64,000 bases of DNA, taken from assembly GCA_037444485.1 (NCBI GenBank), contig JBBIMI010000001.1:1-64000 (forward strand), read 5' to 3'. Within the stretch, counting starts at the first letter, position 1. The number at the start of each line of letters is the position of its first letter. Shown piece after piece: positions 40,112 to 49,314 of the stretch. The notes below the pieces were generated by a model. It saw only the letters and a program-made list of their open reading frames with translations. It had not been told where the DNA came from and did no database searches. The translations under genes were made by a program, and so were the position numbers. This DNA comes from Candidatus Micrarchaeota archaeon (lineage in GTDB: Archaea; Micrarchaeota; Micrarchaeia; Norongarragalinales; Norongarragalinaceae).

Positions 40112-40582
40112 TCAACCCACTACCCTCGGTTTTCTGGTGATTACTGTTTCATTCAACGCGTTCGGGTGCATCGCAAAATAATCAGCTGCTTCCTTGTTTA
40201 ACGCGTCGTTCGGATTCGGTTTTTCGAGTAATTGCTTTAACGCTTTTACTAGGCTCACTAGCGTCGTGCCTTCACTCCACTCGTTTAAAAGCTGAATGCA
40301 TACTTTTCCGTCTTCGCTGCGAATGTTCGGGTGAAAGATTGGAGTCAACCAAGTGACTTCGATTCCGCCAGCGTAAGGGTATTCGCGCTTCAAATCGATT
40401 TGAATAGAGTGCGACTCGCGTTTTTGTAGCGAGTCCCCGTTCTTAAACAAGCTGACGCCGCGCAAGCTTATTACGTAACTCGTCTTCGACTCGTTAACCT
40501 CAAAATTTTCTTTGCTGGCAACCATTTGTTGAAACTCGCTTTCAAGCCTGCGTCTCCAAATCGCTTCAGGAAGCATTGGCAT
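40112..40582 (-). CDS. Ubiquitin-conjugating enzyme E2 (UBC fold)
   Basis: RRLESE, EYPY, TPIFHPNI...GKVCIQLL.EWS, L..LLEKPNPNDALNKEAA. Confidence 0.92.
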   Translation of the reverse strand: MPMLPEAIWRRRLESEFQQMVASKENFEVNESKTSYVISLRGVSLFKNGDSLQKRESHSIQIDLKREYPYAGGIEVTWLTPIFHPNIRSEDGKVCIQLLNEWSEGTTLVSLVKALKQLLEKPNPNDALNKEAADYFAMHPNALNETVITRKPRVVG

Positions 40583-40620
40583 TACAGACTACCTCGAAAA
40601 AACAGTTGAATGATTTGACT

Positions 40621-40884
40621 TCAACCGCCAGTCGGATCAGGCATCAACAGCAAACGACTCCCTTCCTTTAAACCAGCGTCTGCCACCGTAATTTCAGGAT
40701 TCAAAACCTTATCATCAACAGTAGATAAAACAAAACGGTCTTTTAATTGAAGGTTTTCAGCGAGCACTTCCAAAACAGAGCTGATTGTGAAGCCCGGCTC
40801 TACCGCAACAACTATTTCCTTCCCGCTCGTGGTATGCGTTACTGTAATGTTGAATTCTTTCGAAGGCGAACTTTCCGATTCCAT
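40621..40884 (-). CDS. Ubiquitin-like protein ending in Gly-Gly
   Basis: 87 aa beta-grasp pattern; ...KVLNPEITVADAGLKEGSRLLLMPDPTGG*. Confidence 0.88.
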   Translation of the reverse strand: MESESSPSKEFNITVTHTTSGKEIVVAVEPGFTISSVLEVLAENLQLKDRFVLSTVDDKVLNPEITVADAGLKEGSRLLLMPDPTGG

Positions 40885-40984
40885 GCAAAAACCACCTCAA
40901 TTAAAGCACGTTAGTTAAAGCAAAAGATATTTGAACACAATATAATAATAAGTGTTGCGGTGAACAAAAGAGGTTTTTAAACCC

Positions 40985-41461
40985 GTGAATGAAGAAAAGA
41001 AAAAACCAAAGACAATAAGTGAGAAAGACGCGGTTCAAGAAGCTGGCGTTAAAGAAACCGTTGAAGAAGAAAGCAAGGAAACCGCTGAATCTAAAAACGA
41101 AAACACTAAAGAGGCGGAAAAACAACTAGTGGAAACAAGTGAAACGAGTAAAACAAGCGAAAAAGAAGAGAAGAAGCCTAGAGTGAAAGTCGTTGTAGAA
41201 CCAGTTTTCGGCGAACGCGGAACAAAACCCGTCATAACCGTCACTAGCGAGAAACCGCGTTTAGTGCGTGAAGTAGAAGAACAAGCTGCTCGAGACGTTC
41301 TGCCAACACAATCTCCGCCGGGCACGCCGTTAGAAGCGCGGAAACCCTTGACGCGTGAAGAAGTAGTTGAGAAAGCGAAACAGGTTTGGGAAGAGAACAA
41401 GCGGAAAAAAAGTGAAGGTAAGTTCTTCAACCGCTTAAAACGCGCGTTGAAACTCGGTTAA
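40985..41461 (+). CDS. Hypothetical acidic, low-complexity protein in the ubiquitin cluster
   Basis: Glu/Lys-rich, with a C-terminal amphipathic FFNRLKRALKLG. Confidence 0.65.
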   Translation: MNEEKKKPKTISEKDAVQEAGVKETVEEESKETAESKNENTKEAEKQLVETSETSKTSEKEEKKPRVKVVVEPVFGERGTKPVITVTSEKPRLVREVEEQAARDVLPTQSPPGTPLEARKPLTREEVVEKAKQVWEENKRKKSEGKFFNRLKRALKLG

Positions 41462-41480
41462 AGTTGTTTAAAGCGGTGAA

Positions 41481-41942
41481 TTGATGTTCGAGGTTTACGT
41501 TCACGAGAAAGTCTTAAAGAAAGCTGAAAAACACTGCGCACGCGAAGCAGAGAGAGGACTAGAAGCGATGGGTTTGCTTTTGGGAAACGCGTTCACGCAC
41601 AAGGGCCGTGAGTACGTTGTAGTCGAAGACTATTCCACTGGCGAGAATGAAGCAACAAGCGTTTCGGTGCGCTTTACGAAGAAAGCGTTTTCTAAACTCG
41701 CGAAAGACTTCGAGGAAGGTGGACGCATAATCGTTGGTTGGAGCCACGCACACCCGTCTTACGGTTGCTTCCTCTCAGCAACAGACTTGAAGACTCAAAA
41801 CAATTACTTTAACGAAGATTTCCACGTCGCGCTCGTCATAGACCCAACGCACAAAACGTCGAACGGTTTTGAAAAAAAGTTTTTCAAACTCTGCGCTGAA
41901 GGCTACCGCGAAGCTTCCTACGCGGTAATCAAAGAAAAGTGA
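41481..41942 (+). CDS. JAB/MPN+ (Rpn11-like) metallo-isopeptidase
   Basis: EAMGLLLG ... VGWSHAHPSYGCFLSATD ... ALVIDP. Confidence 0.92.
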   Translation: MMFEVYVHEKVLKKAEKHCAREAERGLEAMGLLLGNAFTHKGREYVVVEDYSTGENEATSVSVRFTKKAFSKLAKDFEEGGRIIVGWSHAHPSYGCFLSATDLKTQNNYFNEDFHVALVIDPTHKTSNGFEKKFFKLCAEGYREASYAVIKEK

Positions 41943-42952
41943 AAAAAATGCTTGGACAAAGCGAGACGCAGGAAAAAAACGCGAACGCACCCGCTGCTGC
42001 TGGCGCGTCAGCCGCAACTCCAGCGGCGAAGACGACAGTAAAGACAATGGTGGAGACGCGCAGAAAGAAAGCAGTCGTAAAGAAAACCGCGATTAAGATA
42101 ACTAAGTTTGATAAAGCGCTCGCGCAACAAATAATTTTAGGCGAAACTAACCTAAAGAAAATCCAGGAAAAAATGCGTGTCGACGAAAAACAATTTTTTG
42201 AACGCGTGAAGAAACTAGGCGACGCTGGTTACATTGTTATTAATGAATCAAGGGAAGCCTGGTTTGGAATAAAAGGCTTTGAAGCCTTCGCCAACCAATT
42301 CAAGAAACTTGCGTCTACGCCGACGCCGAAATCCCGCGCGCGACTGGAAGAAACGCCCTCCGCGGCGCAAGCACCGCAAGCGCAGCAGACGCCAGCGCAG
42401 CAAGCGCAGCAGACGCAACAAACGCAGTCTCCCTTCACACAGCCCACGGTTCCGCCTGCGTTAGACCCTAGGCAAACTTTTCTTGCTGAAGCGACTGCAA
42501 AAGAAAAAGATGAGGTCAACGTCGACTTGAGCGAATTGCTTAAAAAAGGTGCTCCTAAACCAAGCGACTCGATTTTCGTAAAACGCCAAAACGAAAAATC
42601 TTCTAGAGTGCTCTCTCGCGCGTTTGAAACAATTAAAACCAAGGATCCTGCAAAAGTCTCGACTGCAGGAGAATTAATTGAAGCGATTAAGAAAAGTAAG
42701 CCGAGCAGAGAGGCGTTGATGGTTGACGGCGGCGAGGCTTGCGAATTGTGTAAAGCAAATTTTAAACTCGCTGTTGCAGGAGACGGCAACCCAAAGTACG
42801 GCCACTGCTTCTGCGGAGCAGCCTACCATAAAGACTGTTACGAGTCCCTCGCAGGCAACAGCGGAAAATGCGTGCGCTGCGGCAAGAAACTCAAACTCGA
42901 GTTAAGCAAACAAAGCGAAGAAGCGGTTAAAGAAATAAAGGAATTATTCTGA
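41939..42952 (+). CDS. wHTH + RING-like zinc-finger protein (candidate E3 ligase)
   Basis: C-terminal CELC-x14-CFCGAAYHKDC-x9-CVRC; N-terminal wHTH-like segment; overlaps the JAB stop codon. Confidence 0.72.
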   Translation: MKKMLGQSETQEKNANAPAAAGASAATPAAKTTVKTMVETRRKKAVVKKTAIKITKFDKALAQQIILGETNLKKIQEKMRVDEKQFFERVKKLGDAGYIVINESREAWFGIKGFEAFANQFKKLASTPTPKSRARLEETPSAAQAPQAQQTPAQQAQQTQQTQSPFTQPTVPPALDPRQTFLAEATAKEKDEVNVDLSELLKKGAPKPSDSIFVKRQNEKSSRVLSRAFETIKTKDPAKVSTAGELIEAIKKSKPSREALMVDGGEACELCKANFKLAVAGDGNPKYGHCFCGAAYHKDCYESLAGNSGKCVRCGKKLKLELSKQSEEAVKEIKELF

Positions 42953-42990
42953 GAAAGCGTGAAGTACCCTAAAATACTGGGTTCCGACTT

Positions 42991-43752
42991 TCAATGCACT
43001 GGGCAACTAACGCGTTTCGGAACTTCAAACAACCGTGCAGTCGACTTCAAACCGTCCAGAAAGAGGAACTTGCCTGCAAGCGTTTTCTCGCCGAAAGAAT
43101 CACTGTGCACGAGCTTCAAAAACTCGTTCACTTGAATTCCTGCAACAACGCTCGTCGTCGTCGGAAGCGCCGGATTCTTTGGGTTAATCCAATCAACTAA
43201 CTCTCCCACACAATTGTACTTTTGCCACAAAAGCTTGTAATCGCTTTTACTCAACCCGCACTCGAGACACGAAGAAGGAGCGCGCACTACTTGCACTTTC
43301 CCGAAAAACCCGGTTGTTCCCCCGTCAATCAAAGGAATCTTGCTGTAACACTGGGCGTTCAAATGCAGTCTCGCACCCAAGTTGTCGAGACAACCGAAAG
43401 CGTAATCGAAATTTTCGTAAAAATCTTCAGGAAGTTCTTCAATCTTCTCAGTGAAAACGCGTACCTCGGCAGTCGGATTGATTCTTGCAGCTTCGCGTTT
43501 TACCACATCAACCTTCGGCAAGCCCACGTCTCCCTCGCTAAAGAAAACACAGCGATTCAAGTTCGCTTTCACAATCGAATCGAAGTCTACAAGCGAAATG
43601 TTTTTTACGCCGAGTTGAAGCAAGAGCTTGACGACTTCATTTCCAAGCGCGCCAGCGCCGACTACAAGCACGCGCGCCTCCGCGACTTCAGTCTGCCTCC
43701 AACCCTTCACGCGCTTTTGCCTATCGTGAACGTCCTCATCAATCGCAACCAT
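42991..43752 (-). CDS. Ubiquitin-activating E1 / ThiF-MoeB family adenylyltransferase
   Basis: HDRQ, VLVVGAGALGNEV, VDFD.I...NLNR, CLDN..AR, IDGGT.GF.G.V, CLEC...C...CPVH. Confidence 0.92.
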   Translation of the reverse strand: MVAIDEDVHDRQKRVKGWRQTEVAEARVLVVGAGALGNEVVKLLLQLGVKNISLVDFDSIVKANLNRCVFFSEGDVGLPKVDVVKREAARINPTAEVRVFTEKIEELPEDFYENFDYAFGCLDNLGARLHLNAQCYSKIPLIDGGTTGFFGKVQVVRAPSSCLECGLSKSDYKLLWQKYNCVGELVDWINPKNPALPTTTSVVAGIQVNEFLKLVHSDSFGEKTLAGKFLFLDGLKSTARLFEVPKRVSCPVH

Positions 43753-43803
43753 AATGCTATTTTTAACAATCGTTCTTTAAAACAATATTAGGGAAACAAA
43801 AAA

Positions 43804-44595
43804 ATGCCTTTGATTCTCTACACTACGGAAGACATTGCGGGAACGAACGCCGCGCGCATTCTGAAAGAAAATTATGGCTTTAAACAAACTGAAGACTTGC
43901 AGATTAAAGACAAGACCTTCAAAACCTGGTATGACCATGAAATCCAACTGATCGAACTAAATACGCGCCTGGCGTTCGACAGCAACTGGCTCAATGATTA
44001 CTTCGCGAGCGACTTGCTCGTGTTTGCTTCCCGCCACTGCAGTGAAACAAGTAAACCCTGCCTTACCACGCACACTACTGGCGATTGGGCCAGCGGCGAA
44101 TTGAGTGCAACCAGCGCGTTCGCCGTAAAAACCGCTTTCTTGTTCTTCAAACAAAACCCGCTTGAAGGATTTAGCGTTTCACTGGAAGCAACCCACCACC
44201 AGCCTTGGAATTTAACCACCCCCTCACTCTTCATTGAAGTTGGAAGCAGCGAAAACGAGTGGCGCGACGAAAGAGCTTGCGCGCTCTTAGCAGAATGCGT
44301 TATTGAAACAGCGAAAAACTATTCGAATGCGAGCGGAAAAAGCGCGTTAGGGTTCGGCGCCGGCCACTATGCGCCAACGTTCAACGAACTCGAAGCAAGC
44401 GATTACAGTTTTTCATTCATTGCTCCAAAACACTCACTCGACTTCGTAACAACTAATTTAATCAAGCAAGCAGTTGCAAAAACGCGTGAAGGCGTTGAAG
44501 TAGCAGCAATCGATTGGAAGGGCTGCAGCGGCGAGCAACGCAAGAAAGTGATTCAAGCTTGCGAAGAAATCAGCTTGCCTTGGGAGAAGGTTTAA
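43804..44595 (+). CDS. dtdA: Archaeal D-aminoacyl-tRNA deacylase (DTD2/GEK1 family)
   Basis: VFASRH.S, LTTH.TG, EATHH.P, FIEVGSSE.EW, GFGAGHYAP. Confidence 0.88.
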   Translation: MPLILYTTEDIAGTNAARILKENYGFKQTEDLQIKDKTFKTWYDHEIQLIELNTRLAFDSNWLNDYFASDLLVFASRHCSETSKPCLTTHTTGDWASGELSATSAFAVKTAFLFFKQNPLEGFSVSLEATHHQPWNLTTPSLFIEVGSSENEWRDERACALLAECVIETAKNYSNASGKSALGFGAGHYAPTFNELEASDYSFSFIAPKHSLDFVTTNLIKQAVAKTREGVEVAAIDWKGCSGEQRKKVIQACEEISLPWEKV

Positions 44596-44647
44596 TTAGA
44601 CAACGCGTTTTAAACATTTTAAATAATTTGCAACCAAAACTGATTGC

Positions 44648-45211
44648 ATGGACGAGTATAAAGACAAACACAAAGGCGCGCAGCGACTCTATGTTTGCGA
44701 CGAGCGTGGAAACACTAGCGGCGAGATCGTAGAACGATGGAAAGCCCACACTACGCCTGGAGTCAAACACTTGGCTTTCGGAATTCTTGTTTTAAACGAA
44801 AAAAACGAGATAGTCTTACACAAGCGGCCAGCGCGCAAAGTCGGCGGCGGGGTTCTGGACATTCCCGTCAGCCACATTCTTGAAGGCGAAACTAGAGAAC
44901 AAGCCATGAACCGTTGCTTGAAAGAAGAATACGGCATAACCGCAAAACGCTTCGAGCATTACCCCGGCTTTTCGTATTATGAAGAGTATCCTGACGGAAC
45001 TTGCGAAAACGAGTACTGCTTGATAAGCGTGATAAGACACGAAGGCAAGTTTAAACCCAACCCGGAGGAAGTTGAAGGCGAACTAAAAGTTTTTCCAGCA
45101 AGTAAAGTCGTCAAAGAAATAAGAAAACATCCGCGGAAATACTCTATTTGGTTTAGGAAAGCGATAGAATTGTTAGCCAACGACGAGCGCGGCAGAAAAC
45201 ATTTGGTTTAA
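44648..45211 (+). CDS. idi: Type-1 isopentenyl-diphosphate isomerase (Nudix fold)
   Basis: AH...G..HLAF, SH..EGE..., EEYG, F.Y......ENEYC, PNPEEV, YS.WF; adjacent to MVA genes. Confidence 0.78.
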   Translation: MDEYKDKHKGAQRLYVCDERGNTSGEIVERWKAHTTPGVKHLAFGILVLNEKNEIVLHKRPARKVGGGVLDIPVSHILEGETREQAMNRCLKEEYGITAKRFEHYPGFSYYEEYPDGTCENEYCLISVIRHEGKFKPNPEEVEGELKVFPASKVVKEIRKHPRKYSIWFRKAIELLANDERGRKHLV

Positions 45212-45243
45212 AACATTTGGTTTAAACTTATTGAGTGATAAAC

Positions 45244-46491
45244 TTATCGATTGAAAATAATCTCCATGCTTTCCGGCTCCAAGCGCACGCCTTCATTACT
45301 CACACCCAAATTAAGGACTTCAATCTTTTTTTCCTTATAACCGCGCCAGAATTCGCGCACTTTTTCCGCAGACTCTTCGCTTAAGCATATCGCGGCTATC
45401 GAGTCGCCGCCGCCAGCGCCTGGAAGCTTGGCGACGAAAGCGCCGTGCTTAAGCGATTCGTTGACGAGTTTGCTTAGTGTCGGGGGCTCTATTGGGGCGC
45501 CGCTTTTTTCGCCTAGTTCGCGCGTTAATTCGCGCCCGCGTTCGAATTCTTGTTTGAAGCGCGTGAATAACTCGAGTTCGCTTGATGGTTTTTGTGGTTT
45601 CTGTGTGGTTTTCTTTGATTCGGCGAGCGTGAGGGTTTTGGCGTAAAGCGAAGGGTTTTGTTTCGCGAGCGCATTGATTTTTTCGAGTAAAGCTATTGCT
45701 TTCGCGTTTGCTTCGTTGAGTTCCCGCATTAAATTCGCGTACTCTTGCGGGTTTGTTGTTTTCCACGCGTTTATTTTTTTAACCATTTCGCTGGTTGAAG
45801 CGCTTTCGCCGGCAATGTTTCCGACTACTGCGGTGAAGGAGGGCGGCATTGCGAGTGGTTTTGAAGAGTAATCCCAAGCGCTCTCTAGAGCTTCCAGAAA
45901 GTCTTTCTTCTTTAAGATGCTTGGGCTGTAACGCGAGTAAACGTGTCCGCCGTAAGTTGCGGCGGCAACGTCGAAACCGCTGCCTATCTTGCCTTGCGCC
46001 ACGCAGTGAACCAACTGCGCTGTTTTGTGCAGTAATTCTTTTTCTTTTAACGCGTCGATTCCGTGAAGCGCGAGTACCGCGGCTGTCGAGGCTACTGTGA
46101 CTGCTGCTGAAGCGCCGAGTCCGGCTTTAGTAGCGCCTAGTCCGAATGCTGGGTCGCTGAACGTGGTTAATTCTATTCCGTTGAAAGAAATGTTTTTGCG
46201 GATAAAGTAATTGAAGCAAGTTTCGACGGCGCCCCGCATGAATTTTGTGGCTGAATCTTGTTCTGGGGTTAACGGGTTTTTGAAAACCAGTTTGTTTAAC
46301 TCGAATGCTGCTTCAGCGAACGCGTTGAATTGCGGGGCGTTTAACACGACCTTGTTTTCGTCAAGCTTTCGCGCGCGCACGAAAACGCGTTTGTTTACTC
46401 CGGTAACGAAGGAAACATTTGGTTTTTCGAGAACCGAATACCCGCCAATCCAAAGTATTTTCCCGGGCGCTGACGCAATGCAAGAATTCAT
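45244..46491 (-). CDS. Phosphomevalonate kinase (GHMP, ERG8-like)
   Basis: SAPGKILWIGGYSVLE, KAGLGASAA, AQGKIGSGFDVAAATYG, PGAGGGD. Confidence 0.88.
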   Translation of the reverse strand: MNSCIASAPGKILWIGGYSVLEKPNVSFVTGVNKRVFVRARKLDENKVVLNAPQFNAFAEAAFELNKLVFKNPLTPEQDSATKFMRGAVETCFNYFIRKNISFNGIELTTFSDPAFGLGATKAGLGASAAVTVASTAAVLALHGIDALKEKELLHKTAQLVHCVAQGKIGSGFDVAAATYGGHVYSRYSPSILKKKDFLEALESAWDYSSKPLAMPPSFTAVVGNIAGESASTSEMVKKINAWKTTNPQEYANLMRELNEANAKAIALLEKINALAKQNPSLYAKTLTLAESKKTTQKPQKPSSELELFTRFKQEFERGRELTRELGEKSGAPIEPPTLSKLVNESLKHGAFVAKLPGAGGGDSIAAICLSEESAEKVREFWRGYKEKKIEVLNLGVSNEGVRLEPESMEIIFNR

Positions 46492-46495
46492 TTCA

Positions 46496-47263
46496 CTACC
46501 TTCTCAAGACTTCCTTCAACACTTGTTTAGCGTTTTCAAGAATAAAATCAGCTTGTTTTGCGAGTTCTTCACGCTTGCTGTTTCCAGTTAAAACGCCTAT
46601 TGTTTTCACTCCAGCTCGTTTTCCAGCAATTATTCCTGCAAGCGAATCCTCTACGAGAACAACTTCTTGAGGGAAAACGCCTAGTTTTTTTAACGCGTAG
46701 TTTATCATTGACGGGCTTGGTTTTTCCTTTAAACGTTTTTCCTTCAAACCAGCGTCTTCAGTAACCAGCAAATCAACTTTAAAACCGAATTTCTTAATTA
46801 ACGATGAAGCAAACAGTTTGTTGGCGTTCGTGATTATCACGGTTTTAAAGCCTTTATTACGCAGTTGTTTCAACAAACTCGCGGAACCCTGAATTTTTTT
46901 CGCGAGGTTCAAGAGTCTTCCAGGATTCCTGCGAATTCTAGAGTACTCGCGGACAGCGACTTCACTTTCAACAAGTTCAGCTTTAGAAAGATTGTTTACC
47001 GCCTTGCGTAGTTTTACGCGTGTCGCTTGAAGACGCGCTCCGCTTCCCGCTTTCTTAATGCCTAACTTGTTTAAAGCGATGAGCGCTTTAAAAAAATCTT
47101 GTTTTTTATGAAACTCTGGAAGAGAGCGAATCGCGTAAACGTCGCGCACTCGAAAACACGGTTTTACGCCGGCGTGCGCTAAGGCTTTCTCTACAACCTT
47201 TTCTTGAAACCTACCGTAATCCACTAGCACTCCTTCGAGGTCGAAAAAAACGGCGCGAATCAA
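46496..47263 (-). CDS. HAD-superfamily hydrolase
   Basis: FFDLEGVLVD, ITNA, KPSP, VEDSLAGI.AG..AG. Confidence 0.85.
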   Translation of the reverse strand: MIRAVFFDLEGVLVDYGRFQEKVVEKALAHAGVKPCFRVRDVYAIRSLPEFHKKQDFFKALIALNKLGIKKAGSGARLQATRVKLRKAVNNLSKAELVESEVAVREYSRIRRNPGRLLNLAKKIQGSASLLKQLRNKGFKTVIITNANKLFASSLIKKFGFKVDLLVTEDAGLKEKRLKEKPSPSMINYALKKLGVFPQEVVLVEDSLAGIIAGKRAGVKTIGVLTGNSKREELAKQADFILENAKQVLKEVLRR

Positions 47264-47279
47264 ACGCAGACACCAACCT

Positions 47280-48353
47280 TTATTTCACGATTATTCTGCC
47301 GCTTGCCTCATCATACCAGTGTTCGCGAATGTTGCCGCTTGAGTCAAGCAAGTGTTCGTTAACGTACTTCGGCCCAAAACCAACTTTGCAAACCAGTATT
47401 TTCTGAACGCCTTCAACTTCAGCCAAAACTTTTTTTACTTCATCAACGTGTTTTTCAACAGTAAAAACGTGAGCGTTGGGGCCAGCGTCGAAAGTGTAAC
47501 CAGCCTTTATTTCGCCCGCAGCGTTGTTAAAGTCTATTATTGAAGCCATTATTTGTTTTGAAACGTCGTTCAAATACGTTATTGGCGGCCACGTGTCGAG
47601 CATTACCGCGTGCATGTTGCTTGATTCACGCATAGTCGCTTCGAGAAGCGTCGGCAAGTCTTTGCGTAGAATCGCGTTGCGCACGGTTTCAAGAGTCTTC
47701 GGCAAGTCTCGAAGCCGCTTTTGATAAAGACTGCTTGTCGCCACCGTCTGCTTCATTCCAGCGCGAGAAGAAATTTTTTTCTTTCCTTGCTCTACGATTG
47801 CAATCACGTTACGCAACTCCAGCCAATGCGACGGCGGCGCGATTTGAATTGCTAACGAATCGCTGCCGTCGCTCTTGACTCCGCGTTTCCACTCGACGAA
47901 ACCGCCGAGAACACTGCGGCAAGCGCTGCCTGAACCCAAGCGCGCGAGAATAGATAATTCGCTTGAAGACAAGTTGAGGCCGGCTGCTTTGGAAGCAGCG
48001 CAAGCAAGCGCAGCCAAGCCGGCAGCGCTTGACGCGAAGCCAGCCGCGGTCGGAAAACAATTGAGTGAAACTATTCTTGCTTTTGCGTTTATTCCGGCTT
48101 TTTCTCGAATGACGTTCAATTGTTGCATGCGTTCAGCTGTTTCCTTGTCGTTCAAGTCAAGCTTTCTTCCATTCAACCAAACTTCGTCTTCCGCGAATTT
48201 TTCTGAAAACATGACGGTCGTACGCGTTTTCAGCGTTTCATCCATAGTCACAGAAATGCTTCCTTCCTGCGGCAGAATCAGTTTTTCGTCGCGTTTCCCC
48301 CAGTATTTTACTAACGCGATGTTTGCAGTTGCTTCAACAGTTGAAATACTCAT
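47280..48353 (-). CDS. mvaD: Diphosphomevalonate decarboxylase
   Basis: NIALVKYWGKRD, FPTAAGFASSAAG, ARLGSGSACRS, SSRAGM, YTFDAGPNAH. Confidence 0.93.
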   Translation of the reverse strand: MSISTVEATANIALVKYWGKRDEKLILPQEGSISVTMDETLKTRTTVMFSEKFAEDEVWLNGRKLDLNDKETAERMQQLNVIREKAGINAKARIVSLNCFPTAAGFASSAAGLAALACAASKAAGLNLSSSELSILARLGSGSACRSVLGGFVEWKRGVKSDGSDSLAIQIAPPSHWLELRNVIAIVEQGKKKISSRAGMKQTVATSSLYQKRLRDLPKTLETVRNAILRKDLPTLLEATMRESSNMHAVMLDTWPPITYLNDVSKQIMASIIDFNNAAGEIKAGYTFDAGPNAHVFTVEKHVDEVKKVLAEVEGVQKILVCKVGFGPKYVNEHLLDSSGNIREHWYDEASGRIIVK

Positions 48354-49251
48354 TTAATCCCCCCTCGCTGCGTTTCAAGAGTTCTTTAACGTAATTGATT
48401 GAGTCAAACAGTATTCTGCGCTCGCACGCATTTAATCGTTTATCTTCAGCGAAAAGCTTTAAATCGCGTTCGAAAAAACGCTTGAATTTTTTAACTGCTT
48501 GTTTTTCTGGAATGCGTTTCTTTCCACAATCGTAAAAAAAGTTTAACACTGCTAATGCGCCGACACGTTTCAACCAACTGCGGACAAGCGGGTTTTCAAC
48601 CCCGGCCTCCCGCTGCAAAACACGCACGTACTCGGAAACAAAGCTTAAAGAATCGCGCGCTTCAGGAAAAACTTGCAACAACAACCGGCCAGCAGAACTT
48701 TTCAAAAACGTTTTCGACTTACGCAAGCGTTTTTTGTAGTAAGAGATTATTGTTGCAGCGTTGAGAGGCGCGCCGCTCTCGCCGAGATACAAGTTTCTTC
48801 GAAAAACAATGTGTTCCGCAAACTGGTCTAGTTTGTCAGCTGCCTTCAATGCTCGCCCTACAAGGGAAGAAACACGTTTCACTCTCCGAAAACCATTCGG
48901 GGAAAGCCCAAACGAATGCGAAGCGATAGCGTCACAAACCAATTTCACTTCTTCAACCGAAAAACCGTATTTCGGCAGTATGCTTGCAGCCGCTTGCGCG
49001 GAAGCGACTTCATGCTCGTCCGCTAAACCCATCTTTTTTAAAAGGTTTTCAGGAATCCGCAGCCAATCGTGAAACAAGCCGGCTATAAATCCAAGTTCCT
49101 GCTCACGCAGCGAACCACCGCCTTTTTTTACGAGCTCGCGAGTCAAAAGCGCTACGGGCAGGATGTGCTCGCGCCAAGAGTGAACCTTCGAATGCAATCC
49201 CTTCCGCGTTCTCTCCTCGTAATGCTTTTCAGCAAAACTAGTCAATTTCAT
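48334..49251 (-). CDS. HD-domain protein
   Basis: HSWREH, AGLFHDW, EHEVASA, IASHS, ADKLD. Confidence 0.75.
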   Translation of the reverse strand: MKLTSFAEKHYEERTRKGLHSKVHSWREHILPVALLTRELVKKGGGSLREQELGFIAGLFHDWLRIPENLLKKMGLADEHEVASAQAAASILPKYGFSVEEVKLVCDAIASHSFGLSPNGFRRVKRVSSLVGRALKAADKLDQFAEHIVFRRNLYLGESGAPLNAATIISYYKKRLRKSKTFLKSSAGRLLLQVFPEARDSLSFVSEYVRVLQREAGVENPLVRSWLKRVGALAVLNFFYDCGKKRIPEKQAVKKFKRFFERDLKLFAEDKRLNACERRILFDSINYVKELLKRSEGGLNEYFNC

Positions 49252-49314
49252 TCTTGGAATACCGTTTTAGATTACTTTTAGATTACTGCGTTTACTGCGA
49301 ATATCGCCGTATTT

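Noticed and set aside
42991..43752. E1 read as a MoeB/ThiF sulfur-transfer or SAMP-only enzyme
   Set aside because: No cofactor-biosynthesis genes nearby, and neighbours are E2, JAB, RING and Ubl
33000..44000. Integrated mobile element or provirus carrying the Cas4 and ubiquitin genes
   Set aside because: No integrase, transposase, terminal repeats or viral structural genes seen
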